Assembly (NCBI GenBank): GCA_964601215.1
Contig: CAZRMN010000002.1
Span: forward strand, 2,314-57,081
Source: an uncultured archaeon
Lineage (GTDB): Archaea > Aenigmatarchaeota > Aenigmatarchaeia > CG10238-14 > SCSR01
Reading direction: 5' to 3'
DNA: 54,768 nucleotides
Below the pieces are notes generated by a model. The model saw nothing but the letters and a program-made list of their open reading frames with translations. It did not search any database and was not told where the DNA came from. A program made the position numbers and the translations under genes. This document shows positions 25,160-35,041 of the stretch, piece after piece. Within the stretch, counting starts at the first letter, position 1. Each line of letters begins with the position of its first letter.

Positions 25160-26650
25160 ATGAATGAGAATTTTTTAATATTATTAAATGCTCTCTCGAA
25201 GGAAAGAGGATTTGTTAGATTTCAGATTGATTCATATAATGATTTCATAACTAGAAGGATACCAAAAGTTTTAAAAGAAATTGGAGTAATAAAACCAGAA
25301 GTTCCTGATCTTGGAGATTTTAAAATCAAACTCGGAGATTTTAAAATTGGACAACCTTGTGTTAAAGAAGCAGATGGCTCAGTAAGAAACATTCTACCTT
25401 CAGAAGCAAGATTAAGGAATTTGACCTACTCTGCACCCATGTTTGTTGAAATGACACCTGTTTTAAATAACATTGAAAGCGAGAGTGTAGTCGTAAACTT
25501 TGGAGACATGCCCGTAATGGTAAAATCAAAAATATGTCCGCTTTCTAGCATGAGCAGGCAAGAACTAATAGAAGCTGGCGAGGACCCAGAAGACCCTGGA
25601 GGATATTTTATTATAAATGGTACAGAAAGAATTCTTGTACTAGTAGAAGAAATAGCGAGCAATAGAATAATAGTTAGCAAAGCTACTACAGGAAATATCT
25701 CAGAAATTGCAAGAATCCATTCTGAAAAGGATGGATACATACAAAGGCATTTAATAGAAAGAAAAACTGATGGGATAATTACAATAAGTTTTGCAAACGT
25801 GAACAGACTTCCTATTGCAATACTCATTAAAGCCTTAGGAATGGAAAGCGATAAAAATATTATAACAGTTTTATCTTCAGACCCAGAAATACAAGAAGAG
25901 TTTTATATAAATCTTTATGAATGCGAAGTCTCGACGCAAAACGAAGCTATAGAAGCTATTGGTAGACATATAAAAATACCTCAAAAAGAGTACAGAATGG
26001 ACAGAGCAAAAAAGTTAATTGACAGATACTTGCTCCCTCATTTAGGTCAAAACCCAGAGAATAGATATGAAAAAGCTTTGTTCCTTATAAAAGCTGCTGC
26101 AAAATTAATTAAGTTACATTTAGGAAGAATAGAAGAAGATGACTTGGACCATTATTCGAATAAAAGGCTTAAACTTTCTGGAGATCTCTTAGAAATACTC
26201 TTGAGGTCGATCCTTCTTGGGAAATGGGGGCTCATTACCCGAATTACTTACAATTATCAAAAATTAACTAAAAGAGGTAGACTTCCGCCATTGCAAGCAA
26301 TAGTAGAATCGAACGTGCTTACGAATCAATTAGTTTCAGCTCTAGCAATAGGCTCTTGGGTTGGTGGAAGAACAGGAGTCAGTCAAAGATTAGAAAGAGG
26401 GAGTTATATAAAAACAGTTTCTCATATGAGAAATGTTTTATCTCCCTTAACTTCAACCCAGGAACATTTTGAAGCAAGAGAGTTGCATCCTACCCATTGG
26501 GGCAAACTTTGCACGAGTGAAACTCCTGAAGGTGCAACTATTGGATTAAGAAAGTATCTCGCTTTAACAGCAGAAGTAACAAGAGGAGCAAACGAAAAAG
26601 AACTCAAACCAGTTTTAAGCATTTTGGAAAAATCGGTGGGAATTAAATGA
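25160..26650 (+). CDS. rpoB2: RNA polymerase subunit B'' (Rpo2N)
   Basis: EARLRNLTYSAP, GGYFIINGTER, ARELHPTHWGKLC..ETPEG. Confidence 0.97.
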   Translation: MNENFLILLNALSKERGFVRFQIDSYNDFITRRIPKVLKEIGVIKPEVPDLGDFKIKLGDFKIGQPCVKEADGSVRNILPSEARLRNLTYSAPMFVEMTPVLNNIESESVVVNFGDMPVMVKSKICPLSSMSRQELIEAGEDPEDPGGYFIINGTERILVLVEEIASNRIIVSKATTGNISEIARIHSEKDGYIQRHLIERKTDGIITISFANVNRLPIAILIKALGMESDKNIITVLSSDPEIQEEFYINLYECEVSTQNEAIEAIGRHIKIPQKEYRMDRAKKLIDRYLLPHLGQNPENRYEKALFLIKAAAKLIKLHLGRIEEDDLDHYSNKRLKLSGDLLEILLRSILLGKWGLITRITYNYQKLTKRGRLPPLQAIVESNVLTNQLVSALAIGSWVGGRTGVSQRLERGSYIKTVSHMRNVLSPLTSTQEHFEARELHPTHWGKLCTSETPEGATIGLRKYLALTAEVTRGANEKELKPVLSILEKSVGIK

Positions 26651-28443
26651 CCGAAGTATTTTTAGATGGAAGATACATTGGTGAAACAAACAACCCAAAA
26701 GCTCTTGTAAAAGAAATTAGAGAAAAAAGAAGAAATGGACTTATTTCTCCACAAATAAACGTTGCTTATCATGAACACTTAGATGAGGTAAGAATTCTAA
26801 GCGATTCTGGAAGAGTAAGACGTCCGCTAATTATTGTTGAAAATGGAAAACCAAAACTTACAGAAGAACATATAGAAAAGTTGAAGAAGGGTGAACTCTC
26901 ATGGGAAGACCTAATCAAAAGTGGGATAATTGAATACCTAGATGCAGAAGAAGAGGAAAACAGTTATATAGCACTAAAACCTGAAGAAGTAACGAACGAA
27001 CATACTCATTTAGAACTAGACCCTTCGGTAATCCTTGGTCTGTCTGCATCTTTCATTCCTTACCCAGAGTTTAACAGAGGAGATAGGGTAAACTATGGTG
27101 CAAAGATGGTTGGTCAAAGTATTGGAATTTTTGCAACCAACTACATGAATAGAGCTGATACTAAATCAAACATTATGGTATATCCTCAAATACCACTTGT
27201 CCAAACCCATGCGCATAAAATAATAAACTATGAAAAGCATCCAAACGGAGCTAATGTTATTATAGCAGTTGCTAGTTTTGAAGGTTATAATATGGAAGAT
27301 GCTTTAATAATAAATGCTAGTTCGATCCAAAGAGGTTTGTTCTGGACTTATATGTTTAGGACTTATGAAGCTGAAGAAAAAAGATACATGGGTGGGCAGG
27401 AGGATATAATAGGAATACCAGAACCTGGTGTGAGAGGATATGCTGGAGAAGATGCTTATAAACATTTGCCAGAAGATGGAATAGTAAATCCTGAAACTAT
27501 AGTTAATTCAGATGATGTTTTAATTGGAAGAATTTCACCACTTCGATTCTTAGGTACTATGGACCAATTCATCACAGGAATAGAAAATATAAGGGAAACT
27601 TCTGTAAGACTTAGACACGGTGATTCAGGAATTGTTGATAAGGTAATAATAACTGAAACTATAGAAGGAACAAAGCTAGTTAAAGTAACCGTAAGAGACC
27701 TCAAAATTCCAGAAATAGGAGATAAATTTGCAAGTAGGCATGGACAAAAAGGTGTTGTAGGATTAATAGTTCCTCAAGAGGATATGCCTTTTACTGAAAA
27801 TGGAATTGTACCGGATATAATTTTTAACCCGCATGGAATACCTTCTAGAATGACTATGGGACAACTATTGGAAATTATTGCTGGAAAGGTTGCCGCACTT
27901 TCTGGAAAGTATATACATTCACCTGCTTTCAATCCAGTACCCGAAAAAGAATTGAGAAGTTTACTCGAGGCTTATGGTTTTAGAAATGATGGGAAGGAAA
28001 CGATGTATGATGGAAGGACTGGAAAGAAATTCGAAGCACAAATTTTCATAGGAAGTTGTTTTTACCAAAAACTTGATCATCTTGTTTCGAATAAAATTCA
28101 TGCAAGGTCTAGAGGTCCAGTAACACTTTTGACTAAACAACCAACAGAAGGAAGAAGTAAAGAAGGTGGACTTAGACTAGGGGAAATGGAGAAGGATTGT
28201 TTAATAGCACATGGTGCTGCTTTAACCTTAAAAGAAAGGTTTGATTCTGATAGGACTGTTGTCCCTATATGTAGCCAGTGTGGTCTTGTCGCAATTCACG
28301 ACAAAATTAAAAACAGAAAATACTGTCCTGTTTGTGGTGATTCTAAAATTATTGATGTTGAAATGAGTTATGCTTTCAAGTTAATGCTAGATGAGTTAAA
28401 AAGCATGCTCATTTATCCGAGAATAATTTTGAGGGAAGATTAA
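26647..28443 (+). CDS. rpoB1: RNA polymerase subunit B' (Rpo2C)
   Basis: GYNMEDA, GDKFASRHGQKG, HARSRGP, GGLRLGEME, C-terminal Zn ribbon. Confidence 0.97.
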   Translation: MTEVFLDGRYIGETNNPKALVKEIREKRRNGLISPQINVAYHEHLDEVRILSDSGRVRRPLIIVENGKPKLTEEHIEKLKKGELSWEDLIKSGIIEYLDAEEEENSYIALKPEEVTNEHTHLELDPSVILGLSASFIPYPEFNRGDRVNYGAKMVGQSIGIFATNYMNRADTKSNIMVYPQIPLVQTHAHKIINYEKHPNGANVIIAVASFEGYNMEDALIINASSIQRGLFWTYMFRTYEAEEKRYMGGQEDIIGIPEPGVRGYAGEDAYKHLPEDGIVNPETIVNSDDVLIGRISPLRFLGTMDQFITGIENIRETSVRLRHGDSGIVDKVIITETIEGTKLVKVTVRDLKIPEIGDKFASRHGQKGVVGLIVPQEDMPFTENGIVPDIIFNPHGIPSRMTMGQLLEIIAGKVAALSGKYIHSPAFNPVPEKELRSLLEAYGFRNDGKETMYDGRTGKKFEAQIFIGSCFYQKLDHLVSNKIHARSRGPVTLLTKQPTEGRSKEGGLRLGEMEKDCLIAHGAALTLKERFDSDRTVVPICSQCGLVAIHDKIKNRKYCPVCGDSKIIDVEMSYAFKLMLDELKSMLIYPRIILRED

Positions 28444-28444
28444 A

Positions 28445-30979
28445 ATGCTCGTGGATAAAATAGAGTTCAGTGTTTTGAACCCTGAAATGATTAAAAAGAT
28501 GAGTGTAGCAAAAATAACAAAAACTGAACTTTATGACCAAGAAGGATACCCAATTGAAGGAGGGCTCATGGACCCAAGACTTGGGGTAGTTGATCCTGGT
28601 GTAAGGTGCAGAACTTGTGGTGGGAGAATTGGAGAATGCCAAGGACATTTTGGCTATCTTGAACTTACTAGACCAGTAATTCATGTACATTATGCAAAAA
28701 TAATTCTAAGTCTTTTAAAAATAACTTGCAGAAAGTGTGGGAGAATATTAATTTCTGAAAAGGATATAGAAAAAATAAAAACAAGAAAAATTCCTTTTAA
28801 AGAAATCGTAAAAATGGCAAAGAAAAAATGTCCTTATTGCAAAGAACAACAGAAAAAAATAAAGTTTATCAAACCTTACACTTTCATCGAAAGTAATGAA
28901 ATGCTTAATCCTATACAAATCAGGGAAAGACTAGAAAAAATAACTGATGAAGACCTAGAAATCCTTGGATTTAGGAAAATGAGACCAGAATGGTTGGTCC
29001 TTACTCTACTCCCAATACCTCCAGTAACAGTAAGACCTTCTATAACTCTAGAGACTGGAGAAAGGTCGGAAGATGACTTAACCCATAAATTAGTTGATAT
29101 AGTTAGGATTAATGAAAGATTAAAAGAAAACATAGATTTGGGCGCTCCAGATTTTATAATCGAAGATTTATGGGAATTGCTTCAGTATCATGTTAGCACT
29201 TATTTTGATAATGAAATTTCTGGTGTGCCTCCTGCTAGGCATAGGTCTGGAAGGATATTAAAAACACTTTCTCAGAGACTTAAAACAAAAGAAGGAAGGT
29301 TCAGAGGAAACCTTGCTGGAAAAAGAGTTAACTTTTCTGCTAGAACAGTAATTAGTCCTGACCCTATGATTGAAATAGATGAAGTTGGTGTTCCAGAAGT
29401 AATTGCAAAAGAGCTTACAATACCAGTAAGAGTTAATGAAAGAAATTTAAAAGAAATGAGAAAGATTGTTTTGAATGGACCGAACAACTGGCCAGGTGCA
29501 AACTATATAATTAGGCCAGACGGGAGAAGGAAAAAAATTACTGAGAATAATAAAGAAGATATAGCCAAAGAACTAGCTCCTGGTTATATCGTAGAGAGGC
29601 ATTTACAAAATGGAGATATTTCCTTGTTCAACAGACAACCTAGCTTACATAGAATGAGTATAATGGCTCATAGAGTAAGGGTAATGCCTTTCAAAACTTT
29701 TAGACTCAACTTATCCGTTTGTCCTCCTTATAATGCTGATTTTGATGGGGATGAAATGAATTTACACATTCCTCAAACAGAAGAGGCACAAGTTGAAGCT
29801 GAGAATTTGATGGGTGTAGAAAAGCATATAAGAAGTCCAAGATTTTCTGGCCCTATAATCGGGGCAGTAAAAGACCATATCACTGGTTTGTATCTTTTGA
29901 CTTATGGTAATAAAAAATTTGAAAGAGAAGAATTTACTCAACTAATAAGAAGCGTAGATAAAGAAATAGAGATTCCGAATAAAAAAAGTATGACAGGAAA
30001 GGAAATATTTAGTATATTTTTACCAAAAGATTTTTCCATAGAGTTTAAAGCAAGATGTTGCATAGGTTGTAAGAAATGCTTGAAAGAAAAATGCCCAGAA
30101 GATGCTTATGTAGTAATTAAAAATGGAAAGTTATTACATGGAACGATAGATAAGGCTGCAGTTGGAGACGAAAGCGGAAAAATAATAGATAAAATGGAAA
30201 GAATTTATGGTCAGAAGTTTGTGAAAGATTTCCTTTTCAAAATAACAAGACTTGCAATAGAAGTTTTGACAAGAACAGGATTTTCTATTAGTATATCAGA
30301 CCAAGATTTACCAGAAGAAGCGAGAAAAGAAATTAAAAAAGTTCTGGAGAAAGTGAAAAGGGAAGTTAATGAACTGATAAAACTTTACGAAAAAGGTGAA
30401 ATAAGAATTCTTGTTGGAAGAACTCCTAAAGAAAGTCTAGAACATCAAATCAAAATAAAACTGAGAAACGGTTTGAACGAGATTGCAAATATTCTTGAAA
30501 GATATATGAAGATGAATTTCACGCTTCTCATGGCAAGAAGTGGTGCAAGGGGTAGTACTGTTAATATCGTTCAAACTGCTGCTGTAATTGGACAGGAAAC
30601 TATAATGGGAGAAAGGATGGAGCGTGGATATTATGAAAGAACTTTCCCACATTTCAGAAAAGGTGATATAAGCCTAGAAGCTAAAGGTTTTGTTAGCAGA
30701 GGATTTAAAGATGGTTTAACGCCTTTTGAATTTTTCTTCGATGCGATGAATAGTAGGGAATCTCTAATGGATAAATCACTCAAAACAAGACATTCTGGAT
30801 ATATGGAAAGAAGGTTAGTTGGAGCACTACAAGATTTGAAGGTAGAGTATGATGGAACTGTTAGAGATAGTTCAAAAAGGATTATTCAATTCCTTCCTGG
30901 AGAAGATGGTTTAGACCCATCAAAAGTAGAAAAGGTTGGTATTAATGTCAGAGAAATTGCAAGAAGAATTTTTGGATGA
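28445..30979 (+). CDS. rpoA1: RNA polymerase subunit A' (Rpo1N)
   Basis: Catalytic NADFDGD, CRTCGG..C.GHFG, GKRVNFSARTVI. Confidence 0.98.
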   Translation: MLVDKIEFSVLNPEMIKKMSVAKITKTELYDQEGYPIEGGLMDPRLGVVDPGVRCRTCGGRIGECQGHFGYLELTRPVIHVHYAKIILSLLKITCRKCGRILISEKDIEKIKTRKIPFKEIVKMAKKKCPYCKEQQKKIKFIKPYTFIESNEMLNPIQIRERLEKITDEDLEILGFRKMRPEWLVLTLLPIPPVTVRPSITLETGERSEDDLTHKLVDIVRINERLKENIDLGAPDFIIEDLWELLQYHVSTYFDNEISGVPPARHRSGRILKTLSQRLKTKEGRFRGNLAGKRVNFSARTVISPDPMIEIDEVGVPEVIAKELTIPVRVNERNLKEMRKIVLNGPNNWPGANYIIRPDGRRKKITENNKEDIAKELAPGYIVERHLQNGDISLFNRQPSLHRMSIMAHRVRVMPFKTFRLNLSVCPPYNADFDGDEMNLHIPQTEEAQVEAENLMGVEKHIRSPRFSGPIIGAVKDHITGLYLLTYGNKKFEREEFTQLIRSVDKEIEIPNKKSMTGKEIFSIFLPKDFSIEFKARCCIGCKKCLKEKCPEDAYVVIKNGKLLHGTIDKAAVGDESGKIIDKMERIYGQKFVKDFLFKITRLAIEVLTRTGFSISISDQDLPEEARKEIKKVLEKVKREVNELIKLYEKGEIRILVGRTPKESLEHQIKIKLRNGLNEIANILERYMKMNFTLLMARSGARGSTVNIVQTAAVIGQETIMGERMERGYYERTFPHFRKGDISLEAKGFVSRGFKDGLTPFEFFFDAMNSRESLMDKSLKTRHSGYMERRLVGALQDLKVEYDGTVRDSSKRIIQFLPGEDGLDPSKVEKVGINVREIARRIFG

Positions 30980-32072
30980 AATAGAACTGCCAAAAAAAGT
31001 TGAAGAAGAAATAGAAAAAGTAGCAAAAGAAATGAGATTGAGTAAAAAAGATAAGGAAAAGCTTGTCAAAGAGGTTAAAAGATATTATATGAAAAGTAAG
31101 TTCGAACCTGGAGAGGCAATAGGAATTGTTGCTGCTCAAAGTATTTCTGAACCAGCTACACAAATGACGATGCGAACCTATCACTTTGCTGGTTCTGCTG
31201 GTATTAAAGTAACTTATGGTCTACCAAGACTTATTGAAATATTCGATGCAAAGAAAAAACCTGAAACACCTATGATGACTGTGTTTTTAAAAAGAAATTT
31301 TAACAATGCAAAAATTGCCAAAAAAATAGCAAACGAAATGGTGGAGAAAAAGATTTTGCACGTTATTAATAGAATTTCTATAAATCTTGGTGAAGGGAGT
31401 ATAGAGATTGAACCATCGGACCTAAAAAGAAAGAACACTATAATTAAAGTCATAAAAGAAAACATTAAAGATGTGAAAATAAAAAGTAGAGGAAATACTA
31501 TTGTAGTTATTCCAAAAAAAGAAGTTTCTGTTAGAGACTTGAGAAAAATTAGGGAAAAAATAATGAGAATAAGGGTTAGTGGAATAAAAGGAATTTCTAA
31601 TGTGATAGTTAGAAGAGAAGGTGATGAATGGATACTCAATACTTTAGGAACAAATTTGGAAGAAGTTTTAAAAATAAAAGAAGTTGATGAAACTAGAACT
31701 ATTTCTAATGACATTTATGAAGTTGCAAAAATTTTTGGTATAGAAGCTGCCAGAAATCTTATCATTAACGAAGCTCTGAAAACTTTGCAAGAACAAGGTT
31801 TAGATGTTGATGTAAGGCATGTCATGCTTGTTGGAGATATAATGACTGCTAAGGGTGTTATTAAACCAATAGGAAGATATGGTGTTGCTGGTGCCAAGAC
31901 CTCTATTCTAGCTAGAGCAGCTTTTGAAGAGACAATTAAACATTTAGTTAGAGCTTCTGTGAAAAATGAAGTTGATGAATTCCAAGGGATATTTGAAAAT
32001 GTGATGATTGGCCAAGTAATACCTTCTGGTACAGGTATGTTTGAACTTTTAGCAAAATTTGAAGAGGAGTAA
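30945..32072 (+). CDS. rpoA2: RNA polymerase subunit A'' (Rpo1C); start placed at ATG 30945
   Basis: GEAIGIVAAQSISEPATQMTMRTYH, GLPRLIE, DVRHVML, RAAFEET. Confidence 0.97.
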   Translation: MSEKLQEEFLDEIELPKKVEEEIEKVAKEMRLSKKDKEKLVKEVKRYYMKSKFEPGEAIGIVAAQSISEPATQMTMRTYHFAGSAGIKVTYGLPRLIEIFDAKKKPETPMMTVFLKRNFNNAKIAKKIANEMVEKKILHVINRISINLGEGSIEIEPSDLKRKNTIIKVIKENIKDVKIKSRGNTIVVIPKKEVSVRDLRKIREKIMRIRVSGIKGISNVIVRREGDEWILNTLGTNLEEVLKIKEVDETRTISNDIYEVAKIFGIEAARNLIINEALKTLQEQGLDVDVRHVMLVGDIMTAKGVIKPIGRYGVAGAKTSILARAAFEETIKHLVRASVKNEVDEFQGIFENVMIGQVIPSGTGMFELLAKFEEE

Positions 32073-32074
32073 AA

Positions 32075-32335
32075 ATGGACTTAGTAAAAACTATACAAGA
32101 AGCTGTGAAATCAAAAAAAGCAATAATCGGGTATAAGGAAGCGATAAAATATATAAAATTAAATAAACCTAAGCTTATTGTGGTTGCAAATAATACACCA
32201 GAAAGTATGAAAAAAGATATTGAGTATAATGCGAAAATTTTTGGTTTGAAAGTAGAAATTATTAATATAAGTAGCAAGGAACTTGGTGTAATTTGCGGTA
32301 AACCATATCCAGTAACAACTATAGTAATCAAATGA
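32075..32335 (+). CDS. rpl30e: 50S ribosomal protein L30e
   Basis: ELGVICGKPY; canonical position. Confidence 0.93.
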   Translation: MDLVKTIQEAVKSKKAIIGYKEAIKYIKLNKPKLIVVANNTPESMKKDIEYNAKIFGLKVEIINISSKELGVICGKPYPVTTIVIK

Positions 32336-32757
32336 TCGATATGACGCTCGTATTCGACACAGAAACTATAAGACTCATGACACTATTTGAAAACTTAACT
32401 GGGGTACCTGTAAAAGACTGCATAATAAGTAATGATATAGTGTACTTTGTAGTTGAGGAAGGAAAAGTTGCTATTGCAATAGGAAGAAATGGAAGTAGAG
32501 TGAGAAATGTGGAAAAAATGATAGGAAAAACTGTAAAACTATTTGAATACTCTAAAGACCTTTCAAATTTTGTGAAAAAGCTTATACCACAAGCAAATGA
32601 GATAAGGATTAAAAATGAGGAAAAGAAAGTAACAGTTGAAGTTAAAGTAGATAAAAAGAGTAAAGCTTTAGTAATAGGAAGAAACGGGAAAAATATAAAA
32701 ATTATAAAAGAGATACTTAAAAGGAACCATAAAGTTAACGATTTGATCGTAAGGTGA
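32332..32757 (+). CDS. nusA: Archaeal NusA (KH domains)
   Basis: AIGRNGSRV and [11 protein letters not shown] motifs; canonical position. Confidence 0.93.
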   Translation: MIDMTLVFDTETIRLMTLFENLTGVPVKDCIISNDIVYFVVEEGKVAIAIGRNGSRVRNVEKMIGKTVKLFEYSKDLSNFVKKLIPQANEIRIKNEEKKVTVEVKVDKKSKALVIGRNGKNIKIIKEILKRNHKVNDLIVR

Positions 32758-32761
32758 AATT

Positions 32762-33184
32762 ATGCCAGGATTATTTGCAGCAAGAAAAATGAAGAAGAGA
32801 AGAAAAAAGTTTAGATGGAAGGATATTCATTACAAAAGAAGAAAATTACAACTCTGGAAAAAGGATCCATTAGAAGGTGCTCCACAAGCAAAAGGAATAG
32901 TAATAGAAAAGCGTGCAGTTGAGCAAAGAAAACCATCTTCTGGTTTAATAAAAGCTGTAAGAGTTCAACTTTTAAAGAATAATGTTCAAGTTACTGCACA
33001 CGTACCTGGCGAGGGTGCAATTGATATCATTAATGAGCACGATGAAGTGTTGATAGAATCGATAGGAGGTTCTCAAGGTGGTCCAAAAGGAACGATGTGG
33101 GGAATTAAGTATAAGGTAGTAGCGGTAAATGGAGTCGCTTTAAGTGAAATTCTTTCAGGTAAAAAACAAAAACCAACAAGGTAA
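32762..33184 (+). CDS. rps12: 30S ribosomal protein S12 (uS12), divergent
   Basis: [36 protein letters not shown]; canonical position. Confidence 0.96.
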   Translation: MPGLFAARKMKKRRKKFRWKDIHYKRRKLQLWKKDPLEGAPQAKGIVIEKRAVEQRKPSSGLIKAVRVQLLKNNVQVTAHVPGEGAIDIINEHDEVLIESIGGSQGGPKGTMWGIKYKVVAVNGVALSEILSGKKQKPTR

Positions 33185-33188
33185 TTGA

Positions 33189-33791
33189 ATGAGTGAAATA
33201 AAAATTTTTGGAAAGTGGTCGACAAAAGGAATAGAGGTTAAAGATCCTGGTTTGGCTAGATATATAAATCTTGAACCTGTTTTAGTTCCTAGGTCTGGGG
33301 GTAAATATGCAAAACAACAATTTTACAAGTCAAAAATGAATATTGTGGAAAGACTTATGAATAAACTAATGGTTCCTGGTCATAGAGGGAAAAAGCATGT
33401 TATTTCTTCAGGAAAATGTGTTGGTAAAACTAGTACTCAATACAAAATAGTAAAAGAAGCCTTTAAAAAAATTGAGGAAATAACTAAAAAAAATCCTATA
33501 GAAGTTTTGGTCAGAGCTATAGAAAATGCAGCACTAAGAGAAGAAATAACTTCCTATCAAGTTGGTGGGATAATAGTGAGAAGAGCAGTAGTTACGAGCC
33601 CACAGAGAAGAGTTGATATTGCCTTAAGAAACATAGTACAAGCTGCGTACAGGAAAAGTTTTGGAAAAAAAGAGAGAATAGTTGATGCTTTAGTAAATGA
33701 AATACTCGGAGCATATAATAATGATCCATCGAAAAGTGATGCTATAAGAGAAAAAGAAAGAATAGAAAGAGAAGCTGAAGGAGCAAGATAA
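33189..33791 (+). CDS. rps7: 30S ribosomal protein S7 (uS7)
   Basis: IVERLMNKLM, NPIEVLVRAIENA, SPQRRVDIALR. Confidence 0.97.
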   Translation: MSEIKIFGKWSTKGIEVKDPGLARYINLEPVLVPRSGGKYAKQQFYKSKMNIVERLMNKLMVPGHRGKKHVISSGKCVGKTSTQYKIVKEAFKKIEEITKKNPIEVLVRAIENAALREEITSYQVGGIIVRRAVVTSPQRRVDIALRNIVQAAYRKSFGKKERIVDALVNEILGAYNNDPSKSDAIREKERIEREAEGAR

Positions 33792-34949
33792 TCAAATTGT
33801 AATTACCTCTGTCTCTTTTAAAGCATCTTTAACAAGCTTTTTAATTTTAAGATTTTTCTCAAGAGTTTTTATTTTTTTAGGGTCTGATTTAGTTGCAGGA
33901 TGCTTTGGAACAAACAAACTGCAACAGTCTTCTTGAGGTTTTATTGAAATACCATAAGTCCCTATTTTTTTAGCCAAGTCAATTATTTCAACTTTATCCA
34001 TTCCCAAAAGAGGTCTAAAAACTTGCAATTTTGTAGCTTCAGCAATAGTTGTAATATTATCTAAAGTTTGCGAAGAAACTTGAGCAAGGTTCTCTCCTGT
34101 TACTAAAGCTTTTATTCCTTCTTTTTTCGCAATTTCTTCAGAAATTCTAAGCATGAATCTTCTGTAGACGATTATCCTATACTTTGCAGGAATTTTTGTT
34201 TTGACTTGAGTTTGAATTTTATGAAAAGGAATGAAATAAACTTTGCTTTTAAACTGAAATTGGTTTAAAACTTTTACTAACTCTTTCGTTTTTTCAATAC
34301 TTGCTTTAGAAACTAAAGGGAAAGAATGGAAGTGAACAAAAACAACTTTACAACCACGCTTCATCATTAGCCAAGCTGCAACAGGAGAGTCTATCCCACC
34401 TGAAATTAAGGATAAAACTTTTCCAGAAGTACTTACAGGTAAACCACCAAGTCCTTTAATTATTTCAGTATAAACATAAGTATCTTTTCCTCTGACCTCA
34501 ACAAAAATTTCTTTGTCAGGATTTTTAAGGTTAACTTTCCTTTTCACCACACTTCCAAGAACGCTTGCTAATTCCTGACTAGTATACTTATGTTCACCAA
34601 CTCTTTTCACTCTAACAGCAAAAGTTTCATTTTTCTTTATCCATTTTTCATAGTTTTTTTCGATAAAACTTTTAATTCTTTCTAATTTTGAAGTTTTTAA
34701 ATGAAATGCTGGAGAAAAAGAAACAATACCAAAAATTTTTTTTAAAATTTCACAAGATTCTTCTAAATCCCAAACTTTAAGAAAAATTCTTCCTCTTTCT
34801 CTTTTTATTTTTACTTTTATGTTTTTTAGCCTGAAAGCTCTTTTGATATTTTCAACAAGTTTTTTTTCATACATTTTTGCGACAAACTCTGACTTAAGAA
34901 ATATCTCGCCATATCTTACAAGAATTAATCTTTCAAGCATAAAACCCAC
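33792..34949 (-). CDS. thiI: tRNA 4-thiouridine synthase ThiI (THUMP + PP-loop, no rhodanese domain)
   Basis: RYGEIFLKS, GGLPVSTSG, SGGIDSPVA, GENLAQVSSQT, EDCC. Confidence 0.95.
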   Translation of the reverse strand: MGFMLERLILVRYGEIFLKSEFVAKMYEKKLVENIKRAFRLKNIKVKIKRERGRIFLKVWDLEESCEILKKIFGIVSFSPAFHLKTSKLERIKSFIEKNYEKWIKKNETFAVRVKRVGEHKYTSQELASVLGSVVKRKVNLKNPDKEIFVEVRGKDTYVYTEIIKGLGGLPVSTSGKVLSLISGGIDSPVAAWLMMKRGCKVVFVHFHSFPLVSKASIEKTKELVKVLNQFQFKSKVYFIPFHKIQTQVKTKIPAKYRIIVYRRFMLRISEEIAKKEGIKALVTGENLAQVSSQTLDNITTIAEATKLQVFRPLLGMDKVEIIDLAKKIGTYGISIKPQEDCCSLFVPKHPATKSDPKKIKTLEKNLKIKKLVKDALKETEVITI

Positions 34950-35041
34950 TTAATTAAAATAAAAGAAACGATTTAAAAATATTTAGACAAAAAAGTTTTA
35001 AACTCTAAAGTTTATAGTTAAATTCATTACACGTGAGGTAA

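Noticed and set aside
26640-26655. Break in RpoB as a frameshift or pseudogene
   Set aside because: Split B''/B' at this position with an ATGA overlap is the known arrangement in several archaeal lineages
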